Of a stretch of DNA of 32,000 nucleotides, positions 18,780-28,027 are shown one piece after another; positions within the stretch are counted from its first letter, which is position 1, and the number at the start of each line of letters is the position of its first letter. The stretch is from NCBI RefSeq assembly GCF_000011805.1, contig NC_006842.1; one strand, 5' to 3'. Position numbers and translations under genes: made by a program. The stretch is from Aliivibrio fischeri ES114 (GTDB lineage Bacteria > Pseudomonadota > Gammaproteobacteria > Enterobacterales > Vibrionaceae). A model generated the notes under the pieces. It did no database searches. It saw nothing but the letters and a program-made list of their open reading frames with translations, and was not told the DNA's origin.

Positions 18780-20682
18780 AAAAATTGTATTTTTATTATG
18801 TATTCCACCGATATGCATAGGAATTGCACTTTATCTTTCAGGGATCATCTATTTCATGATCCATAGTGCAAATACAGAAATCGTCACGCCCTATACCATC
18901 ATAGAGCAATGGATATATTACTCTGAGGACATGCGCTATCAAAAATCGCTTGTCACCGCATTACTGATTGGTTTTGGTATTGCCGTTATCGCTCCTACCC
19001 TCCTTTTCCTTTTTAATACCAAAGAAAAAGAAGAACTTCACGGCTCGGCTCGTTTTGCAACGCAAGACGAGATCAAAAAAGAAGGCTTAACAAACAATAA
19101 CGGTAAAGGGATCTTAATCGGTCAATTTAATGGGTTCCTTGGTTTTTTTAAAACCTATCTTTATTTTAATAGTGACAGTTTCATACTATTAATCGCTCCC
19201 ACACGAAGCGGTAAAGGGGTTGGCGTCGTTATTCCTAATTTACTGGTTTATAACCAATCAATGGTTATATTGGACTTAAAACAAGAAAACTTTTCTATCA
19301 CCTCAAAATATCGCGCTAAGTATGGCCAACAAGTCTTTTTGTTTAATCCATTTACAGAAAATGGACAAACACACAGATACAACCCGTTGAGTTACGTTCG
19401 TGAAGGTGATTGCAAAATTGGTGATATTCTCACTATCACTGCTTCTTTTTATCCAATCGATGATCTAAAAAATAGCTTTTGGAATAATCAAGCCAGTAAC
19501 TTATTTTTAGGGTTAGCCTTAATGATCTCTGAAACCCCGTCATTACCATTCACCATCGGTGAACTACTAAGGCAATCGTCTGGAAAAGGAAAACCATTAA
19601 AAGAATATTTACAAGGCATAATGGATGACAGGGAGAAATCTTCATCCCCTCTTTCTGAATCTTGTATCGATGCACTAAACCGCTTCATCGCGTTAACCGA
19701 CAACAGTTTATCTAACGTACTGGCCTCATTTAATGCCCCATTAACACTGTGGGCGAATCCATTATTTGATGCTGCGACCAGTGCCAATGATTTTGATTTA
19801 CGCGAGCTAAGAAAGAAAAAGATGACGGTTTATATTGGTATTACACCTGATTACTTAGAACAAGCTGAGCGCATATTAAATCTGTTCTTTAGCCAATTAA
19901 TTAATATCAATACCAAAGAGCTGCCAGAGCACAACCCTGAGCTGAAATATCAATGCTTATTGGTTATGGATGAATTTACCGCAATGGGAAGGATAGGCAT
20001 TCTTGCAAAATCCGTATCTTACATGGCTGGTTATGGCCTTCGTTTATTAACCATTATTCAAGCACCGTCTCAACTAGACAGTGTATATGGCAAAGAAGAA
20101 GCCAGAACCTATAAAACAAACCATGCAGGACAAATCCTATTTGCACCCCGTGAAAATGAAGATGCTGAGGAGTATTCAAAAGCCATCGGTTACAAAACCG
20201 TAAAGGCAAAAAGTAACTCTAAGACCAGGGGAGAACTGAAACAAACGGATTCGACATCAGATCAACGTAGAGCCGTTATGTTACCCCAAGAAATCAAAGA
20301 GATAGGGATGTGGAAAGAAATCATTTGTATTGAAAATCTTAAGCCAATTTTTTGTAAAAAAGTTCAGTATTTTAATGATCCCGTCTTTATCGATAGGTTA
20401 AAAGAAGTCTCTTCATCCCTCAAATCGATAGAAGGAATACCCACACGAGATCAGTTAAAAAACGCGATCACAAATAAAGAGCTTCAAATTGAAATACCAA
20501 CACTAGAGCGGATTGACTCTAAGCCAACTCCGACATTATTTGACTCACCATTAAATCAACCACTGCCGTTATCAGATCATGATATTGCCACTGTTCAAGA
20601 AGAAGTCGAAACAGAAGAACAATATGATGAATCTCTTTTAGCGACAACATACGATGATTCTGACCTCCCTGATTTTCTCTAA
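18772..20682 (+). CDS. virD4: VirD4/TraG-family type IV coupling protein
   Basis: Two N-terminal TMs, Walker A APTRSGKGVG and Walker B LLVMDEF. Acidic C-terminal tail (EEVETEEQYDE...DDSDLPDFL). Confidence 0.9.
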   Translation: MNKKIVFLLCIPPICIGIALYLSGIIYFMIHSANTEIVTPYTIIEQWIYYSEDMRYQKSLVTALLIGFGIAVIAPTLLFLFNTKEKEELHGSARFATQDEIKKEGLTNNNGKGILIGQFNGFLGFFKTYLYFNSDSFILLIAPTRSGKGVGVVIPNLLVYNQSMVILDLKQENFSITSKYRAKYGQQVFLFNPFTENGQTHRYNPLSYVREGDCKIGDILTITASFYPIDDLKNSFWNNQASNLFLGLALMISETPSLPFTIGELLRQSSGKGKPLKEYLQGIMDDREKSSSPLSESCIDALNRFIALTDNSLSNVLASFNAPLTLWANPLFDAATSANDFDLRELRKKKMTVYIGITPDYLEQAERILNLFFSQLININTKELPEHNPELKYQCLLVMDEFTAMGRIGILAKSVSYMAGYGLRLLTIIQAPSQLDSVYGKEEARTYKTNHAGQILFAPRENEDAEEYSKAIGYKTVKAKSNSKTRGELKQTDSTSDQRRAVMLPQEIKEIGMWKEIICIENLKPIFCKKVQYFNDPVFIDRLKEVSSSLKSIEGIPTRDQLKNAITNKELQIEIPTLERIDSKPTPTLFDSPLNQPLPLSDHDIATVQEEVETEEQYDESLLATTYDDSDLPDFL

Positions 20683-20697
20683 TTTAAAAGGAAGAAT

Positions 20698-21048
20698 ATG
20701 ATGCTTTCAAAAGGTGTAAATAAAGTCATCTTACTTGGTCATCTTCGGCAAGATCCTGAAATAAGCTATAACCGATTTGGAAAAATCATTGCTCATTTCA
20801 CCTTAGCGACAGAAGAATCTTGGCAAGATAAAGCAACAGGCCAACAGCGTGAAAATACGGAATACCATAGAGTGGTTGTTTTAGGGAGATTAGCCAAAGT
20901 GATTAAAAGTAAAACGAAAAAAGGCACTCAAGTTTATCTGGAGGGCAAGAACAAAACCATTAAACGGCAAGACGATAATGGTAAAGACTATTACTTAACT
21001 GAGGTAATGGTTGGAGAACATAACGGCGTTATCCAAATAGCAAAATAA
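20698..21048 (+). CDS. ssb: single-stranded DNA-binding protein, OB-fold only (no linker or acidic tip)
   Basis: Aligns without gaps to my memory of the E. coli SSB core (GVNKVIL.G.L.QDPE ... TLAT.ESW.DKATG......E.HRVV..G.LA.V ... G.QVY.EG). Ends at residue 116. Confidence 0.8.
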   Translation: MMLSKGVNKVILLGHLRQDPEISYNRFGKIIAHFTLATEESWQDKATGQQRENTEYHRVVVLGRLAKVIKSKTKKGTQVYLEGKNKTIKRQDDNGKDYYLTEVMVGEHNGVIQIAK

Positions 21049-21059
21049 AATCAATTTCT

Positions 21060-21087
21060 AAGCCCTAAACAATAGGGCTTTATTTTT
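21060..21087 (+). terminator. rho-independent terminator after ssb
   Basis: Stem AAGCCCTA (21060-21067) / TAGGGCTT (21073-21080), loop AACAA, then TATTTTT. Confidence 0.6.
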
Positions 21088-21103
21088 ACATCAAGGAAAT
21101 ATC

Positions 21104-23098
21104 ATGCGTCTATTTATCGCAGAAAAACCATCACTAGGTCGTGCAATCGCGGCATCTCTAGGTGTTATCAAAAATGAAAAAGGCTACATCACCTGTAAAA
21201 ACGGTGACGTTGTCACATGGTGTATCGGTCATTTGCTTGAACTTGCAGAGCCAGAAGCCTATGACAAAAAATACAAATCATGGTCATTGGATACGTTGCC
21301 AATCTTCCCTAAAGAATGGATATTAATCCCTACCGATTCATCAAAAGAACAACTTGATGTAGTTCTTGAGCAGATCAAAAAAGCCACCGTTCTTGTCAAT
21401 GCAGGCGACCCCGATAGAGAAGGTGATTTACTCATAAATGAAGTCATCGAATACGCTAACGTATCAAATGACATTAAAGAGAATGCACTACGTGTTCTTA
21501 TCAACGATTTAAACTCTAAAGCCATTGAAACCGCATTGAATAACTTAGAGCCAAACAGCAAACGCATTCCTATCTCAAATGCAGCTCTATGCCGCTCGCG
21601 CGCTGACTGGTTACTAGGTATGAACATCACACGCGCCTGTTCAGTTCTGGCAAAACGTAAAGGCCATGACAATGTACTTCACGTTGGGCGAGTCCAAACC
21701 CCAACCATTCAATTAGTGGTTAAGCGTGATATTGAAATCGCTAACTTTAAGCCTGTAGACTTCTTTGAAGTTGAGGCTCAATTTACTCATGCTGACATAC
21801 CATTTAAAGCCAAGTTACAAAATAAGAAGCGCATAGATAAAAAAGACCTTGCCGAAAGCATGATCACCAATATTACAGGGCAATCAGCAACCGTCACATT
21901 ATGCGAAACCAAACGAGCGAAATCTCAACCGCCGTTGCCCTTCTCATTACGAACCTTGCAAGAAGCGATGTCGTCTAAATATGGTTATGGTGCAAAAGAA
22001 ACGTTAGACATTGCACAGTCATTATATGAAACGCATAAGATCACCTCTTACCCAAGAACGGATAAAAACTATTTATCCACGATTAAAGAAGATGAGATCC
22101 AATTAATCATTGAAAACCTTGAAGGACTTAATGATACGCCTCTAGCGCAATGGGCGAGTGATGCTGATATGAGCCTACGTAGCCCATGTTGGAATGATAA
22201 AAAACTTGAAGGCTCAGCGCATACGGCCATTATTCCAACCACTCGCGCACCTGACTTAGACGCATTAAGCGAAGCTGAGCATAATGTCTATACCGCCATT
22301 GCCAGCCGCTACCTTGCTCAATTCTACCCAACAGCCGAAGATGACAACACCACCATTAAAATTCAATCTGGTGAGCATGAGTTTAAAACAACAGGCAAGA
22401 TTGAGATTAAAAAAGGATGGCGCACGGTTCTAGGTAAAGAGAAAAATGATACGGAAGAACAATCGCTACCCTCTCTAACTAAAGACCAATCGATTGATTG
22501 CACGAATGCCGAAGTGATCAGCAAAAAAACCTCTGCACCTAAACCTTACACCGAAGGTACGTTACTTTCGGCAATGTGTAACATTGGTAAAGAGGTAACA
22601 GATCCAGCTCTTAAAGCGAAGTTGAAAGAAACCGCAGGATTAGGAACCGAAGCAACACGAGCTGGCATTATTGAAAAAGCCAAAGAGCGTGAATACCTCA
22701 CACTCAAAGGCAAAAACATTGTTAGTACGCCTCTAGCTAAAATGCTTGTTATGGCTCTACCAAATAAAGTTCGAGATCCAGCCATTACCGCTATTTGGGA
22801 ACAACAACTTGATGTGGTTGAACGTGGCGAATGCAGCGTTGAAACCTTCATTAACGCAATCGAAAAAACCGTACAAAGTTTAGTCGATGATCTGAAATCA
22901 GGAAAAGAGCCGTTTACGTTATCAAAGTCAAATGCGCCAGCTTGTCCACAATCAGGCTGTACAGGTTTTGCTTTACCCTTTGAAGGTAAAAAAAGCAAAG
23001 CACATCAATGTCATGTATGTGGAACAAAATTCAAAGATGACAATGGCAAAGTCGGTAAAGCCATTAAAAAAATCAAAAAACTCGACGTGAAAAAGTAA
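21104..23098 (+). CDS. topB: DNA topoisomerase III (type IA)
   Basis: MRLFIAEKPS (TOPRIM Glu), GDPDREGD, and the active-site tyrosine motif ITSYPRTD. C-terminal Cys4 ribbon (CPQSGC...CHVC) and a Lys-rich tail. Confidence 0.9.
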   Translation: MRLFIAEKPSLGRAIAASLGVIKNEKGYITCKNGDVVTWCIGHLLELAEPEAYDKKYKSWSLDTLPIFPKEWILIPTDSSKEQLDVVLEQIKKATVLVNAGDPDREGDLLINEVIEYANVSNDIKENALRVLINDLNSKAIETALNNLEPNSKRIPISNAALCRSRADWLLGMNITRACSVLAKRKGHDNVLHVGRVQTPTIQLVVKRDIEIANFKPVDFFEVEAQFTHADIPFKAKLQNKKRIDKKDLAESMITNITGQSATVTLCETKRAKSQPPLPFSLRTLQEAMSSKYGYGAKETLDIAQSLYETHKITSYPRTDKNYLSTIKEDEIQLIIENLEGLNDTPLAQWASDADMSLRSPCWNDKKLEGSAHTAIIPTTRAPDLDALSEAEHNVYTAIASRYLAQFYPTAEDDNTTIKIQSGEHEFKTTGKIEIKKGWRTVLGKEKNDTEEQSLPSLTKDQSIDCTNAEVISKKTSAPKPYTEGTLLSAMCNIGKEVTDPALKAKLKETAGLGTEATRAGIIEKAKEREYLTLKGKNIVSTPLAKMLVMALPNKVRDPAITAIWEQQLDVVERGECSVETFINAIEKTVQSLVDDLKSGKEPFTLSKSNAPACPQSGCTGFALPFEGKKSKAHQCHVCGTKFKDDNGKVGKAIKKIKKLDVKK

Positions 23099-23143
23099 CC
23101 GGCTTTTTCTTCCCTCCTATTTTTACAAAACAAGGATTTACTC

Positions 23144-23692
23144 ATGAAATACAGCAAATTTCTTTTTGTTGGGACTCTGGCCGTCTTAGTATCAGCATGT
23201 TCTAACACACCACCTGATATTCACGGCAGAGAAGCGCAGATAAATGATATTCAGCAAGAAACCATTAATGCGCAATCCAAACAAATTGCAGCACTCAATT
23301 ACAAAGTTCAGCAATTAGTTGAAAACAACTTTCCTTCACCAATGATCAGCGTTACCCCACGTCTCTATCAGGTTTATTACCCTTACAACGTATCGAAACT
23401 CACGGTAACACCTGAGCTGAGATACAGCATTTTAAAAGATGCAAAACAAGCAACACGCATCAACCTACTCGGCCGAACCGATGGTGTAAGACCAACAGAC
23501 AGCGATAAAAAAGTCGCTATGGCTCGTGCCATGTTCTTACGTGATTACTTTGTTCATAACGGCATTGACCCAACACTGATTTATGTCAATTACGCCTCTG
23601 CAACGGATTATGCAGATAACAATTGGTCACGCATTGGCCGTAAAAACAATCGTCGTGTTGAGATTGAAATTTACCCACGCGAAGAGGATTAA
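23144..23692 (+). CDS. OmpA-C-like peptidoglycan-binding lipoprotein
   Basis: Lipobox LVSAC|SN. C-terminal OmpA-like domain (LLGRTDGV...KVAMARAMFLRDYFV..G...NRRVEIEI). Confidence 0.8.
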   Translation: MKYSKFLFVGTLAVLVSACSNTPPDIHGREAQINDIQQETINAQSKQIAALNYKVQQLVENNFPSPMISVTPRLYQVYYPYNVSKLTVTPELRYSILKDAKQATRINLLGRTDGVRPTDSDKKVAMARAMFLRDYFVHNGIDPTLIYVNYASATDYADNNWSRIGRKNNRRVEIEIYPREED

Positions 23693-23694
23693 TA

Positions 23695-24192
23695 ATGGTA
23701 TCACGACGAATAAAAGGCGTGATAATGGGTGTGATGGTTGTCACATCCTATCCGACATTTGCTGTCAGTGAAGATGAATGCAGCATTTGGATGTGCGCCC
23801 CAACAGGCTTTAGTGATTCATCATGTAAAGGTGCAAAAGACGCTTTTAAAAAACGAGTCAGAAGACATAAACCACCGCTTCCCGATTTTGCTAGTTGTAT
23901 GGTTCATAAAGATCAAATTCCCGAAGGCACACCGATTAGTCAAATGACTTATATCAACGGTGTTTCTGCTGTCATAAGAGAAACCAAAGAGTGTGTTAGT
24001 TGGGATGGAACAAACAGCAATAATCGTCATTGTTCATCATGGAAAACCATTCCTGAGCATTTAATCAAAGGGGTTGCTTGCACCAAAAACAGGCATGGTG
24101 GCGAAACTCCAAAAAATTGCATCAGCACAGTTAAGTGGGTCGAAACCTACATGGACGGTCAATTGCTTGGGGATATTTTTTATTACCAATAA
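23695..24192 (+). CDS. secreted Cys-rich protein, possibly TrbM-like
   Basis: Signal peptide ...SYPTFA|VSEDE, RBS GAGGAT. The motif ECSIWMCAPTGFSDSSC recalls TrbM-type periplasmic transfer proteins, from memory only. Starts 3 nt after the ompA-like stop. Confidence 0.35.
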   Translation: MVSRRIKGVIMGVMVVTSYPTFAVSEDECSIWMCAPTGFSDSSCKGAKDAFKKRVRRHKPPLPDFASCMVHKDQIPEGTPISQMTYINGVSAVIRETKECVSWDGTNSNNRHCSSWKTIPEHLIKGVACTKNRHGGETPKNCISTVKWVETYMDGQLLGDIFYYQ

Positions 24193-24198
24193 TAAACC

Positions 24199-24224
24199 AA
24201 AGGGCATTTTTGCCCTTTTCTTTT
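24199..24224 (+). terminator. rho-independent terminator (or attenuator) immediately upstream of mobC
   Basis: Stem AAAGGGCA (24199-24206) / TGCCCTTT (24211-24218), loop TTTT, then TCTTTT. Confidence 0.6.
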
Positions 24225-24236
24225 AAAGAGCTTCTT

Positions 24237-24578
24237 ATGAGTAAATCCACAACTTATGTCGGCTTTCGATTACCAAATGATGAGCATGAAAAATTCACGG
24301 CCAAAGCGAATAAAGCCAACATGGAGCTGACCGAATTTTTACGCGAAGCCATCTTAAAAAATAAAACCATTATCGTTAAAAAAGAAGAACGATCCGTTGA
24401 TAAACAAAAGCTGATTTTCCTTTACAAGAAAACCTCAAATAACTTGAACCAACTCGCTAAACAGATCCACACAAGTAATAGAGCTGGCACTCTCTCCAGA
24501 GAAAAAATGAACCATGCAATAGCATCTATTGAGAACATCATGAAATTACTAGAACAAGGAATAAACGATGTTAATTAG
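24237..24578 (+). CDS. mobC: MobC-family relaxosome accessory protein
   Basis: I prefer ATG 24237 (MSKSTTYVGFRLP...) because the ORF-track start at 24135 would run through the terminator. RHH-like N-terminus and the MobC signature SNNLNQLAKQIH. Overlaps the relaxase start by 11 nt. Confidence 0.75.
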   Translation: MSKSTTYVGFRLPNDEHEKFTAKANKANMELTEFLREAILKNKTIIVKKEERSVDKQKLIFLYKKTSNNLNQLAKQIHTSNRAGTLSREKMNHAIASIENIMKLLEQGINDVN

Positions 24579-27500
24579 AGTTGGAGGCGGCAACGCTGGA
24601 ATTGGTGATTATCTAAAACACGGGATCAAAAATGGACGTGAGCATACACGAGACGAACTCGACCACAGAGTGATATTAGAAGGCAATTTAGAAGCAACTG
24701 AACTCATTATTAATGGGATGAACACGAATGCAGAACGCTACTTACACATCACTCTCTCGTTCAAAGAAGATCATATTGATAATGAAACATTAAGTAACAT
24801 CACTTCTGAATTTAAAAGCTTTGCAATGAAAGCGTACAACGAAGATGAATATGATTTTTATGCCGAAGCCCATATTCCTAAAATCAAAAGTGTTGTTGAT
24901 AAAAAAACAAAAGATCTTATCGAACGTAAACCACATATCCATGTTGTTATTCCCGAATACAATTTAGTTACCCATAAACGTTTAGAACCTTTTGGTCGAG
25001 TCGAGCTCAACACAAAATACGTTGATGCCTTTCAAGAAGTAATCAATGAAAAATACGGCCTTGCCAGTCCCAAAATGAACATAAGAAGCGATTTCACCAA
25101 TGAAAGCACGGTGATTGAGCGAAGCAAAGGAGATACGTTCAAAGGTGCAAATAAAGCCATTAAGGAAAAGATATTAACGCAAGTGATGGCAATGCCATCA
25201 TCGAGCCTGAACGAATTATCTGACTACTTAATAGGACAAGGTTATGAGGTTAAAGAACGAAATAAAGGTAAGGAAAACAATTACCTCAACATCAAAGAGA
25301 AAGGAAAATCAAAAGGCATAAACTTAAATGATGCCGTATTTAGTGAGCGTTTTTTATCGTTATCCATAGATCAAAAACAACACAATCTCAGCCATTCATC
25401 AACCGATGATTACATTGCTCCAGAGCAGGGTAAATACCAAGCAACCAAAAAACATCATACTGATTTAGAGCACTGGAATGAACATCGCTCTCATGAAGTT
25501 AGGCACATCACGCGACGCAATAGAGCCACTTATAAGGCCATGACTAAAGCTGAAAAAGTGGCATTCATCCAACAGAAAAAAAAGGCATTCTTAAATGACG
25601 AGCACATTATCCCAAGAAGAACACAACGAGATTGTGTTGAAGACATTAACCGAAATCTCAGCGCAGCAAAACGACATTTGTCTCATGCTCAACGAAATTG
25701 TGGAAACATTGAATCAGGAGCAAGAAATATCGCTTATCGACGAGATCTCCTTGCTCTTAATGCCGCTATTCAGCGATGTACAGGACATCAAAAACCATCT
25801 GAACCTATCCCCGATAGGATCACAGGACACAGCAGAGTAACCCAACAAATCCAATCAGACATTATAGAAACCGAAATAGCCAAGCGCATAAGCTCAGATA
25901 TAGCCACAATCAAAAAATCCATTAATGCCTCTGATTTACTTCGTGATTTATCTCAATCTCACGGTGTCATTCCCAAAAAATACGTCATTACTCAAGCTAA
26001 AGATGGCAGTGATCGAATTGTATGTGGAACAAGACAACTGAACGTTGCTGACTTTCTCACAAAAGAAATCGGTATGTCATGGAAGGAAGCGAAACAGCAA
26101 CTAGAGCAGTCCTTTGCAAGACAGCAAGGCCATAACTTACAGCCGAGTACTGAGCACGACAGAGAAGACTTTACGCTTAGATGGCAACCAAGCCATAAAA
26201 AAGAACGAAAGCAAGCGTGGAAAGCACAATACAACAATGAAAAGGCGTATCGCTTTGCTATCAAGAAGACCTTTAATCTTGAAAAAAACGCCATCTATGC
26301 CGATCAAACCCTTTCCAAAAAAGAACGCAATATCGCTCTTTCCATCGCAAGAATGAACAAAATCATTAGTGATATGGAATACCTAGAGCAACAAGCATGG
26401 GAGAGAAATCAACTTAATACGCACTACCCCGATTTAGTTACCGCTCAATACCAACGCTTTGAGCATCGTCATATTCCAATTGAGAGTAAAATTATGAATA
26501 ACCATATTAACGGAACCATTGAAGCACACGGCTCTGACCATTACGAATTTAACAAAGAAAACAAGAAAAGCTACTACGTCAAATTGAAGCTACCGAACAA
26601 TCAAATAAAAACAGTATGGGGCGTTGGATTAGAAACCGCGATAAAAGAAAGTAATGTGAGTATCGGCCAAGCCATCTCATTAAAAAATATCGGTAAGAAA
26701 AATGTAACAGTGCCATCTGATATTAAAGATGAAAACGGAAAAGTACTTAAAACGGTTGACGTTGATACACACCGTAATTATTGGGAAATCACTCCTGAAC
26801 GAACCGTTCAAGATGATATTAATCAAGCTATTTCCTTATCCGATGAATCCATTGAACTAAACAATCAAGGATTAGAAGATCAAGCTGACGATAAAGAGCA
26901 CGACGCATTAATGCTCATGTATTCGATAACTAAAGAGTCAAAAGAAAATCCATTTAATGAGCATACTCACCCACTCCTTCATCGAATGTTTATTAAAGTA
27001 AATAGTGAAAAAATAATCGAGCCTGAAAAAGAAATCAGCCCGACTTCAAAAGATAATACGAAACCAAAACCAATCAGTATAACGCTATTAGATAAACGTG
27101 TTTTATTGGATAGAAATTTAGAAGCAAGCCGTTTATTAATTATGTATCCAAAACTAAAAGAACTGGGTATCAGTGCTGAGCATATTTCTAAAACTGACAA
27201 AGGTGATCGAATTTATTTCAACGATAAATCATTAACTATAAGCAAATTAATGAAAGAAACCATGCAATATAAAACAAAACAAATCGTTGCTGAATTAACC
27301 CCTATTTACGAAACACAAGAAAAAGATAAACAACGTGTTATTGAATATCAGAAACGTTATTTAAATGATCCATCAAATAAAATCGATCTTGGAAAAGAAA
27401 AAACGATTGAATTAAATATTCGCTCAGGCCAAAAAGAGCCAGAAGTCATTAATGAGACTGACAAAGAGCGAACACAACAAGCATCGTTAGCACCACAAAA

Positions 27501-27903
27501 TTATGACGATATTACTCACCAAACCAATGAAAAAGGACACGTAACCTACTCCATGAACAAAGAGCCTATTGTGATTGATCGCGGTGATAATGTTCATATT
27601 GCTCATGATTCAGATAAAGCAATAGAGATCGGATTGCGACTATCAATTGAAAAATTTGGTAAGACACTCGACATTCGAGGCACTGACGAATACAAAGCCA
27701 AGGTGGTTGAAGTTGCCGTTAAAAACAATCTGAAGGTTCAATTCTCAGATCCAACATTGAACGAAATGATGAAAGAAAAAATGCAACAATTCAGAGATGG
27801 TGAAAACGTCATTCAAAAAGCAGAACGTCAATACAAGAAAGACAACGAGCCTCAAAAATCACATGATCTTGATAAAGAAAAATCTCACGATCACAATCGA
27901 TAA
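24568..27903 (+). CDS. conjugative relaxase (MobA/VirD2-type HUH domain) with long C-terminal extension ending in an LPD7-like domain
   Basis: Candidate catalytic Tyr in GIGDYLKHG, motif YLHITLSF, and histidine motif KPHIHVVIPEYN. The C-terminus DSDKAIEIGLRLSIEKFGKTLDIRGTDEYKAKVVEVAVKNNLKVQFSDP resembles LPD7 domains. 1111 aa. Confidence 0.85.
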   Translation: MLIRVGGGNAGIGDYLKHGIKNGREHTRDELDHRVILEGNLEATELIINGMNTNAERYLHITLSFKEDHIDNETLSNITSEFKSFAMKAYNEDEYDFYAEAHIPKIKSVVDKKTKDLIERKPHIHVVIPEYNLVTHKRLEPFGRVELNTKYVDAFQEVINEKYGLASPKMNIRSDFTNESTVIERSKGDTFKGANKAIKEKILTQVMAMPSSSLNELSDYLIGQGYEVKERNKGKENNYLNIKEKGKSKGINLNDAVFSERFLSLSIDQKQHNLSHSSTDDYIAPEQGKYQATKKHHTDLEHWNEHRSHEVRHITRRNRATYKAMTKAEKVAFIQQKKKAFLNDEHIIPRRTQRDCVEDINRNLSAAKRHLSHAQRNCGNIESGARNIAYRRDLLALNAAIQRCTGHQKPSEPIPDRITGHSRVTQQIQSDIIETEIAKRISSDIATIKKSINASDLLRDLSQSHGVIPKKYVITQAKDGSDRIVCGTRQLNVADFLTKEIGMSWKEAKQQLEQSFARQQGHNLQPSTEHDREDFTLRWQPSHKKERKQAWKAQYNNEKAYRFAIKKTFNLEKNAIYADQTLSKKERNIALSIARMNKIISDMEYLEQQAWERNQLNTHYPDLVTAQYQRFEHRHIPIESKIMNNHINGTIEAHGSDHYEFNKENKKSYYVKLKLPNNQIKTVWGVGLETAIKESNVSIGQAISLKNIGKKNVTVPSDIKDENGKVLKTVDVDTHRNYWEITPERTVQDDINQAISLSDESIELNNQGLEDQADDKEHDALMLMYSITKESKENPFNEHTHPLLHRMFIKVNSEKIIEPEKEISPTSKDNTKPKPISITLLDKRVLLDRNLEASRLLIMYPKLKELGISAEHISKTDKGDRIYFNDKSLTISKLMKETMQYKTKQIVAELTPIYETQEKDKQRVIEYQKRYLNDPSNKIDLGKEKTIELNIRSGQKEPEVINETDKERTQQASLAPQNYDDITHQTNEKGHVTYSMNKEPIVIDRGDNVHIAHDSDKAIEIGLRLSIEKFGKTLDIRGTDEYKAKVVEVAVKNNLKVQFSDPTLNEMMKEKMQQFRDGENVIQKAERQYKKDNEPQKSHDLDKEKSHDHNR

Positions 27904-27938
27904 TGAGTTGAAAATGCTACGTCAGTAGTGAAGGGTTT

Positions 27939-27956
27939 CAAAGGGTTTACCCTTTG
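27939..27956. promoter_or_regulatory. 8-bp perfect inverted repeat CAAAGGGT-tt-ACCCTTTG flanked by TACGT(C)AGTAG direct repeats
   Basis: IR arms are 27939-27946 and 27949-27956. An AAGGGTTT half-site is repeated at 27931-27938. Direct repeats TACGTCAGTAG (27918-27928) and TACGTAGTAG (27980-27989). Function is not established. Confidence 0.4.
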
Positions 27957-28027
27957 GCACAAGGGATGTTTTTGCCCAATACGTAGTAGGGGGTGAAAAC
28001 GTCCCCGTCGTGCCTATCTTTGATCTA

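Noticed and set aside
21259-22998. Minus-strand ORFs of 137 and 150 aa (21259-21672, 22546-22998), and all other minus-strand ORFs in the track.
   Set aside because: Each is fully nested antisense to a well-supported + strand gene (here topB). They have low-complexity Ser/Arg/Leu-rich translations typical of shadow frames and show no RBS or motif.
231-26356. Plus-strand alternative-frame ORFs (for example 231-470, 3155-3337, 4936-5181, 13366-13708, 16302-16511, 16724-16909, 17821-18078, 23583-23947, 25595-25840, 26114-26356).
   Set aside because: They overlap motif-supported genes out of frame. The 231-470 frame additionally reads through the terminator at 349-377. None has an independent RBS or a recognisable domain.
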